Shown here piece by piece: positions 34,439-44,211 of a DNA stretch of 64,000 nt. Source of the stretch: Pseudobdellovibrionaceae bacterium (lineage in GTDB: Bacteria; Bdellovibrionota; Bdellovibrionia; Bdellovibrionales; UBA1609); contig JACKAM010000001.1 of NCBI GenBank assembly GCA_020635075.1, forward strand, positions 1,155,402 to 1,219,401, in the 5' to 3' direction. The notes below the pieces were generated by a model. The model saw nothing but the letters and a program-made list of their open reading frames with translations, was not told the origin of the DNA and did no database searches. Both the position numbers and the translations under genes were made by a program. How positions within the stretch are numbered: the first letter of the stretch is position 1; each line of letters opens with the position of its first letter.

Positions 34439-36208
34439 TTATTTTTGCTCCTTTTCGGGCAAAATGGTCGGGGGAGGATACTCACCCTCTTTCACCGGAA
34501 GAGGATCGGGCATCGGTGGCGGCGGCACCGGGTCCTCACTAGAGGGCTCTCTCGCCGTCGACGTGGGCTCAGGCGGCACTGGAGGAGGGGCCTTCTTGAC
34601 AGGCTTGGCAAATGGCGGAGGCTTTGGCTTTTGTTTTACCGGCTCCTGAGACTTTTTTGATGCGGGAGTACGTGGTTCCTTAGCCGCCCCCTCATCATTT
34701 AGGGTTAGAGCCTCAACCGTCGGGTAAATGGACTCGAGGAATTCCTTGCGATCTTTGAAACTAAAATCGAGAAGACAATCCGGACACTGAAAGACCACTT
34801 GCGCACAAAGATCAGGTTTATAGGCATCGATGCACAAGGCCTTCACCTTGGCCGAAAAATATTTCTTATCAAACCCCGTCTCCGTTTCAATTGCTTGAGT
34901 TGCAACCATTTGTACAAAGAGAATGGCCGCGAAGGTGACCGCAGTCAGGTAAAAGGACTTTGTCCCCTTGGTCCATCCCGTACGCATACGCACCGTCTGA
35001 ATGGGAATTCCGATGAGAAAGGGAGGTACTATGAGAGCAAGGACCCAAAGGACGATTTCCACTGGATCACTGAGGCTTTGCAACATCTTGGACTTAATCG
35101 GGTCGGCAATGAGATACATGGGGCCCACGGCTAAAAACAGCAGCAGCATAAGAATCGTGCGGAAAATGCTGGGCTTTTCTAAACGCGCAAAAACCACTTC
35201 TTCACTGCTCGGCGAGGAGCTCTTTTTCGGGCTCGGAATGTTGATCCGACTTTGCTCCATCTTTTTTTCGCTGTTCTGCATTTTCTTTACCGAGCCTGAC
35301 TTCTCCTCTTTCTTAAACCCGCGAAGAATATTGGATAGGAAATTGGTGGTGCTACTCCTCTCCTCCTCATCCAAATCCCCGGGGTCGGCCCTGCGGGCTG
35401 CTGGTTTGGCCTCTCGAGAGGCAGCCTTTTGCGGCTTCATGGACTTAAGGGATTCGCTGAGTTCACGGCTCTTTTCTGGCTCAGGAAGACCTTCAACTTC
35501 CTCTTGTTCAAATGAAAGAGGGTCGAATGTCGATTCATTCATCGGATCCAACCCACGAGATTTTCCATGTTTGGGCTGATCTCCAGGAAGGGCGCTTGAC
35601 GGTGAAGAGTTCAGACTCACTTCGTCGTCCGGCTTGGGAAGGTCAGGATGATTAACAAATTCACAATTCCCCGTCTTGCCAAACGCAATGCTGGGGCTGC
35701 TATCAACAACGGTGCGATCCATGCTTTCCGGGACTACCTCGGTTCGAGACAGATCATCGGCCTGAGGTCCAAAATTCAAATCAGGTGCTTTAATCGTCGG
35801 TGGCTCCGTCATATCTAAGGAGGAGTCATGTTGTGAGGCGTACTCCTCCCCAGGAGCTGCTTCCAGGATTTCTGTAGCATCTCCCTCTTCACCCGCGGCT
35901 TTGTTTACTTCTTTAGCTTTGCCTTTAAACAGGATTTCAAAATTCTGATCGCCAACGGTGAGCACATCCCCTTCCACCAATTCCACTGGAGTTCGCGGGG
36001 TAATGTTCATTTCGGCGATTTGTGTTCCGTTCTTTGATCCCAAATCCTCGACTGTTAATAACTCTCCATCAAAGCGTAGAATGCAGTGGGAGCGACTCAT
36101 CCGACCGTCGTTCGGATAAGTTCTGTCACCGTCCATACGGCCGATAACGAACTCTTTTTTGATTCGCAGCTTTTTCTTGCTGCCCTGATGGACAATAAAT
36201 GCTTTCAT
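34439..36208 (-). CDS. FHA-domain membrane protein with a Pro-rich C-terminal tail
   Basis: Start trimmed to the ATG at 36208. The FHA core is 'FVIGRMDGDRTYPNDGRMSRSHCILRFDGELLTVEDLGSKNGTQI'. It is followed by ~270 aa of low-complexity sequence, 4 hydrophobic segments, a Cys cluster 'CIDAYKPDLCAQVVFQCPDC', and the tail 'KPKPPPFAKPVKKAPPPVPPEP...PVPPPPMPDPLP'. Confidence 0.8.
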   Translation of the reverse strand: MKAFIVHQGSKKKLRIKKEFVIGRMDGDRTYPNDGRMSRSHCILRFDGELLTVEDLGSKNGTQIAEMNITPRTPVELVEGDVLTVGDQNFEILFKGKAKEVNKAAGEEGDATEILEAAPGEEYASQHDSSLDMTEPPTIKAPDLNFGPQADDLSRTEVVPESMDRTVVDSSPSIAFGKTGNCEFVNHPDLPKPDDEVSLNSSPSSALPGDQPKHGKSRGLDPMNESTFDPLSFEQEEVEGLPEPEKSRELSESLKSMKPQKAASREAKPAARRADPGDLDEEERSSTTNFLSNILRGFKKEEKSGSVKKMQNSEKKMEQSRINIPSPKKSSSPSSEEVVFARLEKPSIFRTILMLLLFLAVGPMYLIADPIKSKMLQSLSDPVEIVLWVLALIVPPFLIGIPIQTVRMRTGWTKGTKSFYLTAVTFAAILFVQMVATQAIETETGFDKKYFSAKVKALCIDAYKPDLCAQVVFQCPDCLLDFSFKDRKEFLESIYPTVEALTLNDEGAAKEPRTPASKKSQEPVKQKPKPPPFAKPVKKAPPPVPPEPTSTAREPSSEDPVPPPPMPDPLPVKEGEYPPPTILPEKEQK

Positions 36209-36418
36209 CTCACTCCAGCCCAATCCCTTATCGGCCTTTATTGCCCAAAGGATGAGGAACGAGGCCCTCTATAGCCTGGGAATTCATGGGTTTTTCCATG
36301 GATTTGACGCGCCATGTTTTTGATCTTGTGGAAAGCATCCCTTGACTGAGGTCGGGACCAGGGGTACACCTGGTCCACTCTTGCAATCTGAACGTTTGTT
36401 TCTCGCAAGTTTTCCTGG

Positions 36419-36495
<77 letters not shown>

Positions 36496-36525
36496 ATTTT
36501 CAAATTTAACCTGAGAGTCTCTAGA

Positions 36526-37284
36526 CTAGAGACTACAATGCGATTCTATTTTCAGATCGATATCGGATTCTGAAAGACTTGGATATTGGCGTCGAATGAG
36601 CATCTTCAACTGCGGACAACTCAGCGGCCCTTTGCCTGAAAAGACCGGGCTTGGACGAGAAACAATCTCATCGACAATGCCCATCTTCATGAAGTCATGA
36701 GCTGAATAGTAAAAATCGTTTCGACAGTTCACGGATCGATTAAACAACTCCGTTGGGTAGTCATATTTCTCAAGGAAAGGCTCCAAGAAGACTCTCGTAA
36801 ATCCATCGTTGAACTGCTCATCCTCGAATCGCGGGCGATGAACCATAAAAATCGTGTCTTCATAAGCAACACGATGTGAACCGGCGATAAACAGATTTGT
36901 ACACGCCGAGGCACAGACATTGTTAGCCATGACAGTCAATTGTCGATCACGAATAAGTTTCATCGCATGGTCAACACTATCTAGCCTTCCACCTGTGCTG
37001 TCTATTTCAATCACCTGAATGTTGGTTCCAACAGCGGAGTCTAGGAGCTCTAGTATGTCGTCTGCAATTGAAGGCTGAATCTTGCCTTTAACGACAATCC
37101 TCGTTCCTTCCAATTTCGTTTGTGAAACCATTGAGCCCTGTCTTGAATTAAAGATATCAATGAGATGTGCGTTAGGATCAATACAGGTATCTGATCCAAA
37201 AGCTGGGAAACATATGACCAAGCCTTGGACAGCAAGAAAGAGAAGAGATAAGAGTGAAAAACCGTCTTTGAGGTGCACTTGCAA
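36526..37284 (-). CDS. Secreted ClpP/crotonase-fold protein (COG3904-like predicted periplasmic protein)
   Basis: Signal-like 'FSLLSLLFLAVQGLVICFPAFG'. 'IQVIEIDSTGGRLDSVDHAMKLIRDRQLTVMANNVCASACTNLFIAGSHRV....IFMVH' matches the pattern I recall for COG3904 (SpGG...A...g..ir......v....C.SAC...f.aG..R). Confidence 0.55.
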   Translation of the reverse strand: MQVHLKDGFSLLSLLFLAVQGLVICFPAFGSDTCIDPNAHLIDIFNSRQGSMVSQTKLEGTRIVVKGKIQPSIADDILELLDSAVGTNIQVIEIDSTGGRLDSVDHAMKLIRDRQLTVMANNVCASACTNLFIAGSHRVAYEDTIFMVHRPRFEDEQFNDGFTRVFLEPFLEKYDYPTELFNRSVNCRNDFYYSAHDFMKMGIVDEIVSRPSPVFSGKGPLSCPQLKMLIRRQYPSLSESDIDLKIESHCSL

Positions 37285-37415
37285 CTAAATTGCAATCCCA
37301 ATGCCACAACTGAGACTTCCCGATCGACCTGATCCCACCGAGGTCGAAGCAATGGCCACTTGCCGAGGCCCCTAAGTTGCTGGATTTATTGACAACCTGC
37401 CAAGGTAACCATGTT

Positions 37416-38603
37416 TCACATTAAACGCGTTTTTGCTCGTTGGTGCTGGCGAAGGTCACTCAAGGGGTAATAGGTGTCCTTCCAGGAGACCCCTTGGTTT
37501 TTGAGCACAATGAAGGCGGAACGGACTAACACAAATAGTGCTGACAGGTGAGCCAAGGGGAAAAAGAAAACCGCTAAAGGATGGAGATTGAAGTCTTCAT
37601 TGTGAATCATCGTAATGAGGCCAGGTAAAACAAAATAGACGCTCACCCATGCAGCCACACCTGCAAAACTCGAAAAATACAAGCTGCCGATCAGGGGAAA
37701 GAACACAACGAACAGGCAGATACTTGCCATTGCCAATACCCTAAGGAGACTAAATCCTCCCACAAAGCCGAAGACATTCTTCTCCAATCCCTTCATCATG
37801 TCACGGGCTGTCCCGTACCAAACGATGCCAATCTCGTCGACCCCCTTTAGAATCAGGCTCTTTCCTCCATAGAGCTTGACCATCATCCCGAGCCCCATGT
37901 CATCCACCAGCTCAAGTCGCAGCCAACTCAAGTCCTTGGCTTGATCCAATACCGATTTTTTCACCAGATTGAAAGCTCCAGATCCAAAAAAGTACTTCTC
38001 ATCAGGCGAATCGATCTTCCGCGTGCGCAAAAGGTTTACGGCCAGGGCTCCGTAGCCGAGTGTCATTACTGAGAGCCAAAACGAGCGAAGACAGGCTGGG
38101 TTGTCAAACATCACTCCCAGGTGCTGCCCACTCTCTTGCTCACAATAAGAAACGGCCTTCTCCAAAGTGTGAGTATTCAGTTTGACATCAGCATCGCAAA
38201 ACAAAACCCACTCTCCCCGCGCGTGCTCAAGCCCCTTTTGCAGGGCATGTACTTTGCCCACCCAACCAGATGGAAGTTCCTTCACCTGGACGGAATGAAG
38301 CCGAGAATCCCGGGATTGCCACTGGTCAATGATCTCCTGAGTTTGATCAGTGGACCGATCATTGACGACGATAAACTCAAGATTGGGGTAATTGAGACTG
38401 AGGGTATTTGAAAGCGACTTATGGATGTTCTTTTCTTCATCTTTGGCGGTGATCACCACACTCACCAAAGGCCACTCAGACCTCTGCACCACATCCACGT
38501 CGCGCAAAAGAGGAATACCCTTCACCTGGCTGTCAACCAGTCGATGATACACAATCCACATCAGGATGGCCGATAAGGAGAGCATGAGAATGACAACAGA
38601 CAT
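37416..38603 (-). CDS. Family 2 glycosyltransferase, membrane-embedded
   Basis: 'VSVVITAKDEEKNI...NYPNLEFIVVNDRSTDQT' and 'FCDADV' (DxD) are present, with an N-terminal TM segment and 4-5 C-terminal TM segments. Confidence 0.8.
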   Translation of the reverse strand: MSVVILMLSLSAILMWIVYHRLVDSQVKGIPLLRDVDVVQRSEWPLVSVVITAKDEEKNIHKSLSNTLSLNYPNLEFIVVNDRSTDQTQEIIDQWQSRDSRLHSVQVKELPSGWVGKVHALQKGLEHARGEWVLFCDADVKLNTHTLEKAVSYCEQESGQHLGVMFDNPACLRSFWLSVMTLGYGALAVNLLRTRKIDSPDEKYFFGSGAFNLVKKSVLDQAKDLSWLRLELVDDMGLGMMVKLYGGKSLILKGVDEIGIVWYGTARDMMKGLEKNVFGFVGGFSLLRVLAMASICLFVVFFPLIGSLYFSSFAGVAAWVSVYFVLPGLITMIHNEDFNLHPLAVFFFPLAHLSALFVLVRSAFIVLKNQGVSWKDTYYPLSDLRQHQRAKTRLM

Positions 38604-38665
38604 GATTGCCCCACTGAAAAAAAACCGTCTTCAAACCCTGGCCTGATGTGATAGTAGTTTTAGTC

Positions 38666-39457
38666 ATGAACAAAGGCAACCTCACAGTCCTTATTACCGG
38701 AGCAACATCAGGAATTGGCCTGGAGTTGGCAAAGGTGTTTTACGAGCAAGGGCACCCTCTTGTGCTTGTCAGCCGAAATCCACAAAAGCTCCGCCAGGTC
38801 CGGGCTGGTTTTTCTGACCCCAGTCGGGTCGAAATCTTAACTCAAGATTTATCCGAGCCGAACGCAGCCCTGGAGGTCTTTAAAAAGTGCCAAGAAATGA
38901 ATCTAACGATTGATGTTCTTGTGAATAACGCCGGCATGGGCAAGATGGGTGAACATGTGGATATCAGCCCTGCCAGCACAAAAGACATGATTCAGCTCAA
39001 TGTGCTTTCTCTCACCTTGCTCAGCGCCCTGTTTGGCGCGGAGATGAAGAAGATGGGACGGGGTTATATTCTCAATGTCGGCTCGACGGCAGGATTTCTT
39101 TTGGCTCCCTATATGGCTACCTACATTGCCAGCAAGCATTTTATAAAGAGCTTTTCTATATCGATTGCCAAAGAGCTAGAGGATCATGGCGTGATCGTTC
39201 GTTGCCTCTGCCCCGGGCCTACAGAAACCAGTTTCTTTGAGAAGACTGGTAAAGAAGCAAAGTTCTTTTTTTCTCCCCGGCTCAGAGCTTCGGCTGAGCA
39301 GGTGGCCCAACAGGGATACTACTCTTTGTTTAGGCGCGGATATATCTGCATCCCCGACTGGCGGAACTACCTGATGACATTGCTCCCCCGTTTTTTCCCC
39401 TATTCCCTTAATGCCTGGGTGGCAAAACGTCTGATGCGAAAGTCAGTATCGAATTGA
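38666..39457 (+). CDS. Short-chain dehydrogenase/reductase (SDR)
   Basis: Start trimmed to the ATG at 38666. 'VLITGATSGIGLELAK' (TGxxxGIG), 'NNAG', and catalytic 'S...YIASK' are present. Confidence 0.85.
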   Translation: MNKGNLTVLITGATSGIGLELAKVFYEQGHPLVLVSRNPQKLRQVRAGFSDPSRVEILTQDLSEPNAALEVFKKCQEMNLTIDVLVNNAGMGKMGEHVDISPASTKDMIQLNVLSLTLLSALFGAEMKKMGRGYILNVGSTAGFLLAPYMATYIASKHFIKSFSISIAKELEDHGVIVRCLCPGPTETSFFEKTGKEAKFFFSPRLRASAEQVAQQGYYSLFRRGYICIPDWRNYLMTLLPRFFPYSLNAWVAKRLMRKSVSN

Positions 39458-39536
39458 GACGCTTGCTTAAATGAACCAACCTGCCGATAGGTCTAGGTGG
39501 TAGGTTTGTAATCTCGTTTTTTGGTATGGCGGAAAA

Positions 39537-40193
39537 TTGAAGATCATTAAAGACACCATAAAGCGGCACCGCGTGCGCCGCGCTGGCCGATGGCTGGATC
39601 GACGGTTTGATTCCTTAGAGGATACCGAGTTGGCCCTGATCGCCTTGACGACAGCAAAGGTCATGAGGGACCTCAGCGCCAACCTCAACGAGGAATTGGC
39701 AAACTGTATCTTGCGCGGGCCGGACTTCACAGTTGAAGAACGCTACCATTACTACTTTGGCCTCAAGACCATTTTGCGCGACATTATCGACAAGCAAGAA
39801 CAGCGGCGAATGGAGCAACTGGAGAAGTCAAAGTATGATCCCAACTATTTCACCGAAAACCGCAAAATCCTTGTTCCTCTTGAAGCAGCCGAACGAATCT
39901 TTCGCGACACCAATCGCCTGCTCATTGTTGCCCTAGGGGCCTCCATTGACGGCAAAACGGAAAGACTTGCCCGCGGACTCTGGAATAAATTAGCCCATGC
40001 CCGCAAGCGCACTTTTGACCAATTGGACGAAGAAACCGCAAGACTGATCCGCCGCCTTGGATATGGCCCCCTTGGCCTCAATGAGGAGAGTGATCAGCTG
40101 TCCGCGATACGTAGCAGTTTTATGAATCTACCCATGCCCGAACCCTGGTTTATGAATCCATGCCCAAGTGGAGACGTTTTGATGGCCGCCTAG
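39537..40193 (+). CDS. Hypothetical cytoplasmic helical protein
   Basis: 218-aa ORF with a TTG start and a weak RBS. The sequence is charged and helical. No motif recognised. Confidence 0.4.
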   Translation: MKIIKDTIKRHRVRRAGRWLDRRFDSLEDTELALIALTTAKVMRDLSANLNEELANCILRGPDFTVEERYHYYFGLKTILRDIIDKQEQRRMEQLEKSKYDPNYFTENRKILVPLEAAERIFRDTNRLLIVALGASIDGKTERLARGLWNKLAHARKRTFDQLDEETARLIRRLGYGPLGLNEESDQLSAIRSSFMNLPMPEPWFMNPCPSGDVLMAA

Positions 40194-40261
40194 CCTCTAT
40201 AAGAATGGCACTGCCAATGGCCAAAGAAACCCAAAACAGAATGGTCAAAAATCTGGCCCCT

Positions 40262-40660
40262 CTATGATGACCGCAGAGGTTCCACATACAACAGTTGCCG
40301 GCAGTGCTCGCAGCTATCGCGAAAGGTCCCGGTCAATTGAACCCTGGTCAAATTGCTATCCTTGCCGCAATAGGGGCACTTGGCTCGTGCGGAAAGAATT
40401 TTTTGCTTATTCAAAGGAACAAATACCAAGGACCCTAGGGCCAAAAGAGCAAACGTTGGAACCGCAACGAAGTGAACCACAGGAATGAGGGCTGAAACCA
40501 ATCCTATGCCAAGGAAAATCCCAAACCATTTAAGAGTCTTTTTCAGCCTCTCAGCTGAGGAGTATCGATGAATTTGAACTTCCAAAGTCGACGCCTCACT
40601 CACGCCATCTCCCCTGACCACCATTGTTAGCTTATCCATTGACCCTGCCTCGCCTTCCAT
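40262..40660 (-). CDS. Small membrane protein with a C-terminal zinc-ribbon
   Basis: Two hydrophobic segments (WFGIFLGIGLVSALIPVVHFV, TFALLALGSLVFV) followed by 'CPYCG...CEHC'. The start is either 40660 or 40639. Confidence 0.5.
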   Translation of the reverse strand: MEGEAGSMDKLTMVVRGDGVSEASTLEVQIHRYSSAERLKKTLKWFGIFLGIGLVSALIPVVHFVAVPTFALLALGSLVFVPLNKQKILSARAKCPYCGKDSNLTRVQLTGTFRDSCEHCRQLLYVEPLRSS

Positions 40661-40722
40661 CTATACCCCACCTATATCATGACTGAGGGAGCAAGAAAAA
40701 CGCCCGATTGGACAACTGAGCT

Positions 40723-41337
40723 ATGAGTCATGCAGATTTTAAAATGGGTGCCGATTTATGGTCGCAGTTTTTGGCTGAACTTGGGCCAAATGCCTTTCTT
40801 GTCGGGCCTCTCTGCGCGTCACCACCAGCCAACTCAGGACCGACCATCTATGTGGACGGCGGAGCCCGGTGGTTTCGCGAGCCTGGCATCAGTATCGGCG
40901 ATGGCGACTCCTGGGATGAGATCCCACAGGTACTTCTTTACCCCGACAAGGATGTTTCCGATTTGGGGTTTGTGCTGCGAAGTCTGCCTTTGACTGTGCG
41001 CTTATTGGAGCTGGTGGGCTTCCTTGGTGGCGACAGGGATCATGAGCTTTTCAACCTGGGCGAGATTCACCGCTTTCTTGGGGCTCAGTCAGGCCGAGTC
41101 GCTCACATGGACCAGTCGGTTTTAGGGTTTTCCTCGGGCACCTGGCAATTGGAACATGAAGGCGTATTTTCCCTTTTGAGCCTTGCTCATGTACAGGTGC
41201 AGATTCAAGGAGAAGTGGAGTTCCCTGTCGATCTGCCAATTGAATTCCACCCTCTCGATAGCCGTGGACTGTCCAACGAGTCTCGAGGACTTATTTCTCT
41301 GACCACCACAGGCCCCATTTTTATCTTTCTGCGGTAA
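40723..41337 (+). CDS. Thiamine pyrophosphokinase-like protein
   Basis: 'IYVDGGARW....ISIGDGDS', 'PDKDVSDLGFVL' and 'GFLGGDRDHELFNL' parallel the TPK catalytic blocks (aDgGa...GDfDS; K..tD.e.A; G..GgR.DH.l.N). Confidence 0.6.
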   Translation: MSHADFKMGADLWSQFLAELGPNAFLVGPLCASPPANSGPTIYVDGGARWFREPGISIGDGDSWDEIPQVLLYPDKDVSDLGFVLRSLPLTVRLLELVGFLGGDRDHELFNLGEIHRFLGAQSGRVAHMDQSVLGFSSGTWQLEHEGVFSLLSLAHVQVQIQGEVEFPVDLPIEFHPLDSRGLSNESRGLISLTTTGPIFIFLR

Positions 41338-41471
41338 GGCGCCTATCTACCTCACCCGTATGAGGTGGTTGAATAGATACTTTACAGTGACAAGCGACTC
41401 GACGACAGAGAAGAAACTGGACAGTTTCGAGCGAGCTGAATCTTGCACAGTTCAGAACGTGGGAGAATTTT

Positions 41472-42500
41472 ATGGGGGAAAGGAAACGGGTTCAAGACCT
41501 CGTTATGGCAGTGCTGTGCCTGACGAGTGGGGCCTTGTCGTTTAGTTGTTCGCCCTTTCACGCAGCGGAAAGGGACAGAACAGATACCAATTCGCTCGGA
41601 CAAGCGACGCCAGGGACACAACAGTCTCTGTCAGTCACTTCGTTTTCAACGACTCTTTATCCGGTTTTGAAAGCCAATTGCGGATCCTGCCACGGCACCT
41701 ATGTTCACCCACTGTTTGCAGTTAGCGACATCCGTTTTGCTCACGATGCGGTTATCAGCTACAACCTGGTCAACCTCCAGGATCCATCCACCTCGTCAGT
41801 ACTCAGTAAAATCGGAAGTGGTCACCAATCGGTGAACACGAGCCTGAACAACGATTTGGAACGATCCATCCGGGACTGGGCCGGGCTGATGGACCCGAGC
41901 AAAGACCATCAGGCCCCAAGTGTCCGAGTCATTTCACCCCTTGACCAAGCGACTGTCAGTGGCTCCTTGTTTATTCACGTTTCGGCAACGGACAACGTCG
42001 GCGTCACATCAGTCACCCTCGTTCTCAATGGCAAGGTGTTAAATGCACTGGAGCTGACCCAGCCGCCCTTTGGCTGGCCGTGGGATACAACCAAGGTGGC
42101 AAATGGCACTCACACCCTTGCGGCTCAAGCCAAAGATGGGGCTGGGAATATTGCCACCTCCACTGTCGTCACTGTAACGGTCAATAATGTGGCATCAACT
42201 CCATCGCCCCCACCGCCGCCACCACCACCCGTGGCCGAGGACTCCTACACCTGGATTTCGCAAAACATTCTCGTCCCCAAGTGCTTGTCCTGTCATAGTG
42301 CAAGTACCCATTATAAAGGCGTGGACTACTCCACCTATGCGAAAACCATCAGTACTGGCGGTGTTGTATCTGGAAATCCGGGCGCCAGTAAGCTCTATAC
42401 GACTTGCCAAAATGGTTCCATGCCGAAGAACTCAGGAAAGCTCTCCAGTGATCAGCTCAATGCACTCAGCACATGGATCATCAATGGGGCTAAGCAGTAA
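41472..42500 (+). CDS. Secreted protein: CxxCH module / Ig-like domain / poly-Pro linker / CxxCH module (PSCyt1-like)
   Basis: Signal/lipobox-like 'LVMAVLCLTSGALSFSC'. 'VLKANCGSCHG' and 'LVPKCLSCHS...GNPGASKLYTTCQNGSMPKNSGKLSSDQLNALSTWIINGA' resemble the Planctomycete cytochrome C (PSCyt1) pattern. The central Ig-like segment is 'APSVRVISPLDQATVSG...TDNVGVTSVTLVLNG...GTHTLAAQAKDGAGN'. Confidence 0.65.
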   Translation: MGERKRVQDLVMAVLCLTSGALSFSCSPFHAAERDRTDTNSLGQATPGTQQSLSVTSFSTTLYPVLKANCGSCHGTYVHPLFAVSDIRFAHDAVISYNLVNLQDPSTSSVLSKIGSGHQSVNTSLNNDLERSIRDWAGLMDPSKDHQAPSVRVISPLDQATVSGSLFIHVSATDNVGVTSVTLVLNGKVLNALELTQPPFGWPWDTTKVANGTHTLAAQAKDGAGNIATSTVVTVTVNNVASTPSPPPPPPPPVAEDSYTWISQNILVPKCLSCHSASTHYKGVDYSTYAKTISTGGVVSGNPGASKLYTTCQNGSMPKNSGKLSSDQLNALSTWIINGAKQ

Positions 42501-42506
42501 GACACC

Positions 42507-44147
42507 TTAGGGATGGTCAGGATTAAAGATCTGAAAGTCCCGACTGAGGAAGCTGCCAATGCTTCCTGTGCCCTGGTCGAAATCCTCATAATACAGGGTG
42601 CGGTGGGCGTAGAGGAGAACCGGCGGGGCCGATGGGTTGTCTTCCAAGACCTGAAAGAACATCAGCTTGATGACATTGCCGCCGGCTTCATGACGAAGGG
42701 GCAACATGGTTTCTGCTCCCGGATCGCCGGTTGGAAACAAGGGTACATTCTTTAAGGACACCCGATAGCAGCGTTGGCCATTTTGAGGGGGAGCTTCCTG
42801 AACACTCACATCGATGAGCGGTCCATGCTTCACCTCCCGGTCATTCATGAACACACCAGTATGGCGGATGGACTCTTCAAAGCTGGTTAAACCATCGGTG
42901 CCCATATCAGCCGTGGCATCACGTGGATCCAAGGGGTTAGAGCCAATGCGGAACTCAAGGCCATCAAAAATCAAATCCCCATCTCGATCAAAGTTGTAGG
43001 GGTCCGTACTCAATGAAAGATCGTCGCAATCACTTAAACCGTCCTGGTCCGAATCCAGGTAAGCCATACCTTCAATACAAGCGGCCGGACAGAACCCCCC
43101 GTTTTTCAGCCAAATCTTGTCAGAGCAATCCTTGTGAGTGCTATGAATCAAAGGATTCAGTCCCAGTGCAATCTCCTCGGCGTCAGGCAGGCCATCACTG
43201 TCTGAGTCGGTGGCCAGGGCTCCTGATGATGAGATGGCTCCATTCATGTTAACAGCCGCAAAATGACGTAGGACATATTTACGATTGGCAAATATCCCCA
43301 CCGCATTGTAATCAACCGGCCCGGTGTCATCCGCCACAATGGAGCGGCTGCCGAAGCCACCTGCGGCCTGGGCTGCCAACACCGCTCTGTGCATCATCAA
43401 ACCACCGTCTGGGTTGCCGTTGAAATTATCCATAAAATAAAAATAGACATTCACCCGACTGGCCTCAACAGGATCTTTTGGGTTGACCTTCCCCGTGTGG
43501 ATCAATTCGACTACCTTATCGCTCAGCTCCTTGGGTGTCACATCGGTGGGCGCACCATCAGTGACAATGACCACACTGTAGCGGCCTGAAGTATTGGTGG
43601 CCAAATCGTCTTCGATACAGCGCTTGGTGTTTTCTAAGATAGCTTTAAAGGGCGAGTTCCCCAGATGAGGATTACTCAGGGTGTCCATCTGGTTCATGGC
43701 CTTTTGTAGCTGATTGTAATCGGTGTCCACCCGAGACTTGAGAAACTGACAGGCGGTTCTCAGCTGAGGGAGCGTGGGCGGATTGGTGCTCGCATCCGGA
43801 AGAAAACCAAAAACATCCTGATGAAGAGCGCCTAATGTAATCGTGAAATTGTCGTCATCCTTGTATTCGTCGACAAGCTTGCGCAGGCCTGCGACCCGAC
43901 GAGTGGTGCCCGTCGTGGCGTTGTGGGGGTCCACACCTTCCATACTCTGAGACATGTCGGTAATAAAGATCACTCGATTCAGATTCTCAAGGTAATTGGG
44001 CGTTTGCGTACACACCAATCCGTCCTCGGATGCCGCGATAAAGGACTCCTTTTGGAAAAGCCTCACATCGGAGCAACCAAAGAGACCCGCCAGAGCCAAT
44101 GCTGGCAAGACCTGGATTATAATAATTGAGCACTTCTTTGGACTCAT
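42507..44147 (-). CDS. Lipoprotein with a VWA domain and thrombospondin-type-3-like Ca-binding repeats
   Basis: Lipobox 'LAGLFGC'. The MIDAS-like motif is 'VIFITDMSQSMEG', with 'VVIVTDGAPTD' downstream. Asp-rich repeats 'DSDSDGLPDAEE', 'DSDQDGLSDCDD' and 'DRDGDLIFDGLE' follow. Confidence 0.7.
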   Translation of the reverse strand: MSPKKCSIIIIQVLPALALAGLFGCSDVRLFQKESFIAASEDGLVCTQTPNYLENLNRVIFITDMSQSMEGVDPHNATTGTTRRVAGLRKLVDEYKDDDNFTITLGALHQDVFGFLPDASTNPPTLPQLRTACQFLKSRVDTDYNQLQKAMNQMDTLSNPHLGNSPFKAILENTKRCIEDDLATNTSGRYSVVIVTDGAPTDVTPKELSDKVVELIHTGKVNPKDPVEASRVNVYFYFMDNFNGNPDGGLMMHRAVLAAQAAGGFGSRSIVADDTGPVDYNAVGIFANRKYVLRHFAAVNMNGAISSSGALATDSDSDGLPDAEEIALGLNPLIHSTHKDCSDKIWLKNGGFCPAACIEGMAYLDSDQDGLSDCDDLSLSTDPYNFDRDGDLIFDGLEFRIGSNPLDPRDATADMGTDGLTSFEESIRHTGVFMNDREVKHGPLIDVSVQEAPPQNGQRCYRVSLKNVPLFPTGDPGAETMLPLRHEAGGNVIKLMFFQVLEDNPSAPPVLLYAHRTLYYEDFDQGTGSIGSFLSRDFQIFNPDHP

Positions 44148-44211
44148 CCCCCACCCATAATTAAGACAACCGCTCGCTGTCCTTAAAACGACAACAACCC
44201 CGAATCACTTT

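Noticed and set aside
34382-34660. Arg/Gly-rich plus-strand ORFs (92 aa and 77 aa)
   Set aside because: They are mirror images of the CCN-rich codons encoding the Pro-rich tail of the FHA protein on the minus strand. This is a compositional artefact.
36496-39500. Possible tRNA-targeted genomic island downstream of tRNA-fMet
   Set aside because: No integrase, recombinase or transposase gene is present, and I could not find a direct repeat of the tRNA 3' end. The genes here (ClpP-fold protein, GT2, SDR) look like ordinary chromosomal content.
40661-40722. TPP riboswitch upstream of the thiamine pyrophosphokinase-like gene (contains CTGAGGGAGC)
   Set aside because: The spacer is only 62 nt, too short for a ~100-nt THI element. 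It also lacks the paired conserved helices. The CUGAGA-like match is probably chance.
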